From positions 2,100,001 through 2,132,000 of the forward strand of contig CP060262.1 in assembly GCA_022646745.1 (NCBI GenBank): 32,000 nt of DNA, read 5' to 3'. Below the pieces are notes generated by a model. The model searched no databases. It had not been told where the DNA came from and was given only the letters and a program-made list of their open reading frames with translations. Both the position numbers and the translations under genes were made by a program. This DNA comes from Planctomycetales bacterium (GTDB lineage: Bacteria; 4484-113; JAFGCY01). The number at the start of each line of letters is the position of its first letter. Position 1 is the stretch's first letter. This document shows, piece after piece, positions 30,751 to 32,000 of the stretch.

Positions 30751-32000
30751 ATTGATCACATGTCTTGTGCGCCGATCCACGCCGTACAGCGCTTCCACCA
30801 GGCTGTCCAGTTCCGCCAGCAGTTCAGTGTTGCCATTATCCCCAGCCAGCTGCCTGGACAGCTCAGCAATGCGCGCAGACTGCCGGCCCCTTCGCAATGG
30901 CAATCTCTCCAGCTGGCGCGGGCCGATGTTCAGTGCGCGGCTGGAGTAGGCCCGCAGCCCGAACAGTGAGCGGTACAGCCACTGCATCAGGCGCGAGTTG
31001 AGCAGCCCGCAGAGGAAGTCCAGCTCCGACTCAGGCATTTCAGCACGTGGCAGCAGCTGCACAGCCGCCTTGCCACAGAGGTAACTGCCTTCGTGGTCAG
31101 CCAGGCATTCGATGCGCGTGGCCAGCCCGGCGCACAGCAGCTTTGGGCTCGCTGCCTGCTCTGCCCTGGTTGGCAGCTCGGCCTGCAGCTTCCCAGGAAT
31201 GACAACGGGATGCTGCAGGTTCCGGCCGAGGTAGCGGCAGGGCTGGCTGCCCCACAGGGGCACAAACGGGTCGATCGTGCCGGTGTTCAGCAGGCGCGGA
31301 CCGCTGGCAGCTTCGTCGTCAACGAGCATGTCGCGGATGCGGTAGGCCTCATCGGTGGTGCAGCCATCACGGCAGTCGAACAGGTCCGCCAGGCTGCCGC
31401 CGCCCTCCAGCAGCTCCGCGATATAGCCCGCCGCCGCACTGTAGGCCGCGCACAGGTAGCCCTCCGGCAGGCGGCGGAGCAGGGACTGGCTGACTGCACT
31501 GGTCTCAAGCGGTTCGCCGCGTTGCAGGTTCACCGGCTGCCGCGGGTCGGCCGGCTGGCGGCGCAGCTGCAGTACACAGGACCAGACCTTCGCATCATGG
31601 AACACATCATCCGGCAGCAGCCTGACACGCTCCAGTTGCCAGTGCAGCAGTACATCCCGCTGCAGGGTGGCGGCGTAGTCCGCCGCAATGGCGCGCGTCG
31701 GCACCACCATGCACAGCCGGCCGCCATCCTTGAGCAGGTCCATACTGCGCTCGAGGAAGGGCACAAACAGGTCCCAGTTGCCCCGCGCGCAGCGATAGGC
31801 CCTGCGGATCTCCGAGCGGTAATCACGGTCATAGCGCTGCATGCCCTCTGAATCCACGTAGGGCGGGTTACCGATCACGAGGTCGAATCCCCTGTCTGCT
31901 GTACCCATTACATCGTCGGCTATCCAGTCCATGCCTGTGGGCTCACTAGCAAAGCTGGCCGGTATCCCTGGGGAAGGACCGCTCAGGGCGTCCGCGTGGA
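30727..32000 (-). CDS. N6-adenine DNA methyltransferase (Eco57I/TaqI-like, gamma class), 5' end outside the window
   Basis: Catalytic motif IV DLVIGNPPYV lies near the window edge. The TaqI_C-like target-recognition region is C-terminal. The reading frame stays open upstream of the ATG at 31932 to position 32000, and the SAM-binding motif I is missing, so the gene is truncated by the window. Confidence 0.8.
   Translation of the reverse strand, partial: HADALSGPSPGIPASFASEPTGMDWIADDVMGTADRGFDLVIGNPPYVDSEGMQRYDRDYRSEIRRAYRCARGNWDLFVPFLERSMDLLKDGGRLCMVVPTRAIAADYAATLQRDVLLHWQLERVRLLPDDVFHDAKVWSCVLQLRRQPADPRQPVNLQRGEPLETSAVSQSLLRRLPEGYLCAAYSAAAGYIAELLEGGGSLADLFDCRDGCTTDEAYRIRDMLVDDEAASGPRLLNTGTIDPFVPLWGSQPCRYLGRNLQHPVVIPGKLQAELPTRAEQAASPKLLCAGLATRIECLADHEGSYLCGKAAVQLLPRAEMPESELDFLCGLLNSRLMQWLYRSLFGLRAYSSRALNIGPRQLERLPLRRGRQSARIAELSRQLAGDNGNTELLAELDSLVEALYGVDRRTRHVINEELGHRV

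Noticed and set aside
30573-30755. 60-aa Pro/Leu-rich ORF (LLRPTPQLPAPR repeats)
   Set aside because: It is an artefact of translating the 36-bp (12-codon) tandem repeat. It has no start context or SD.

Overview
High-G+C bacterial chromosomal segment, lineage not assignable from the sequence alone. I recognise no rRNA, tRNA, CRISPR array, transposase or integrase. I call 33 protein-coding genes, one of which (a 49-aa zinc ribbon) is absent from the ORF track. Most are housekeeping: RRM RNA-binding protein, MBL-fold hydrolase, S9 peptidase, TIM-barrel isomerase, bshC, yjbQ, PKD lipoprotein, gyrB, M48 peptidase, alkaline phosphatase, glpX, membrane Hpt protein, arginase, archaeal-type pheT, yggT, tldD/pmbA, comEA, CheY-like receiver, nadC and coaX. 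An N6-adenine DNA methyltransferase runs off the right edge. The many long antisense ORFs are high-GC shadow frames. No canonical defence or mobile system is visible, and all functional interpretations below are hypotheses. Four things deserve a second look. (1) A tightly coupled five-gene operon, tldD-X1-X2-pmbA-DUF1844-like, in which two paralogous signal-peptide proteins split the TldD/TldE protease pair and the last gene carries a His/Asp tract. (2) A visibly lower-G+C two-gene cassette of about 1.4 kb (a 10-Cys secreted protein plus a pseudopilin-motif secreted protein), bounded by 23/26-identical direct repeats and next to a higher-GC paralog. (3) Three repeat-dense, highly structured intergenic regions: 690-897, 9628-9914, and 30523-30750, which has 23-bp inverted repeats around 36-bp tandem repeats. 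(4) Genome-style oddities: four convergent gene pairs share a CTAG double stop, TAG is the commonest stop (16/33), and seven genes have -10-like hexamers 5-9 nt before the start codon, suggesting leaderless mRNAs.
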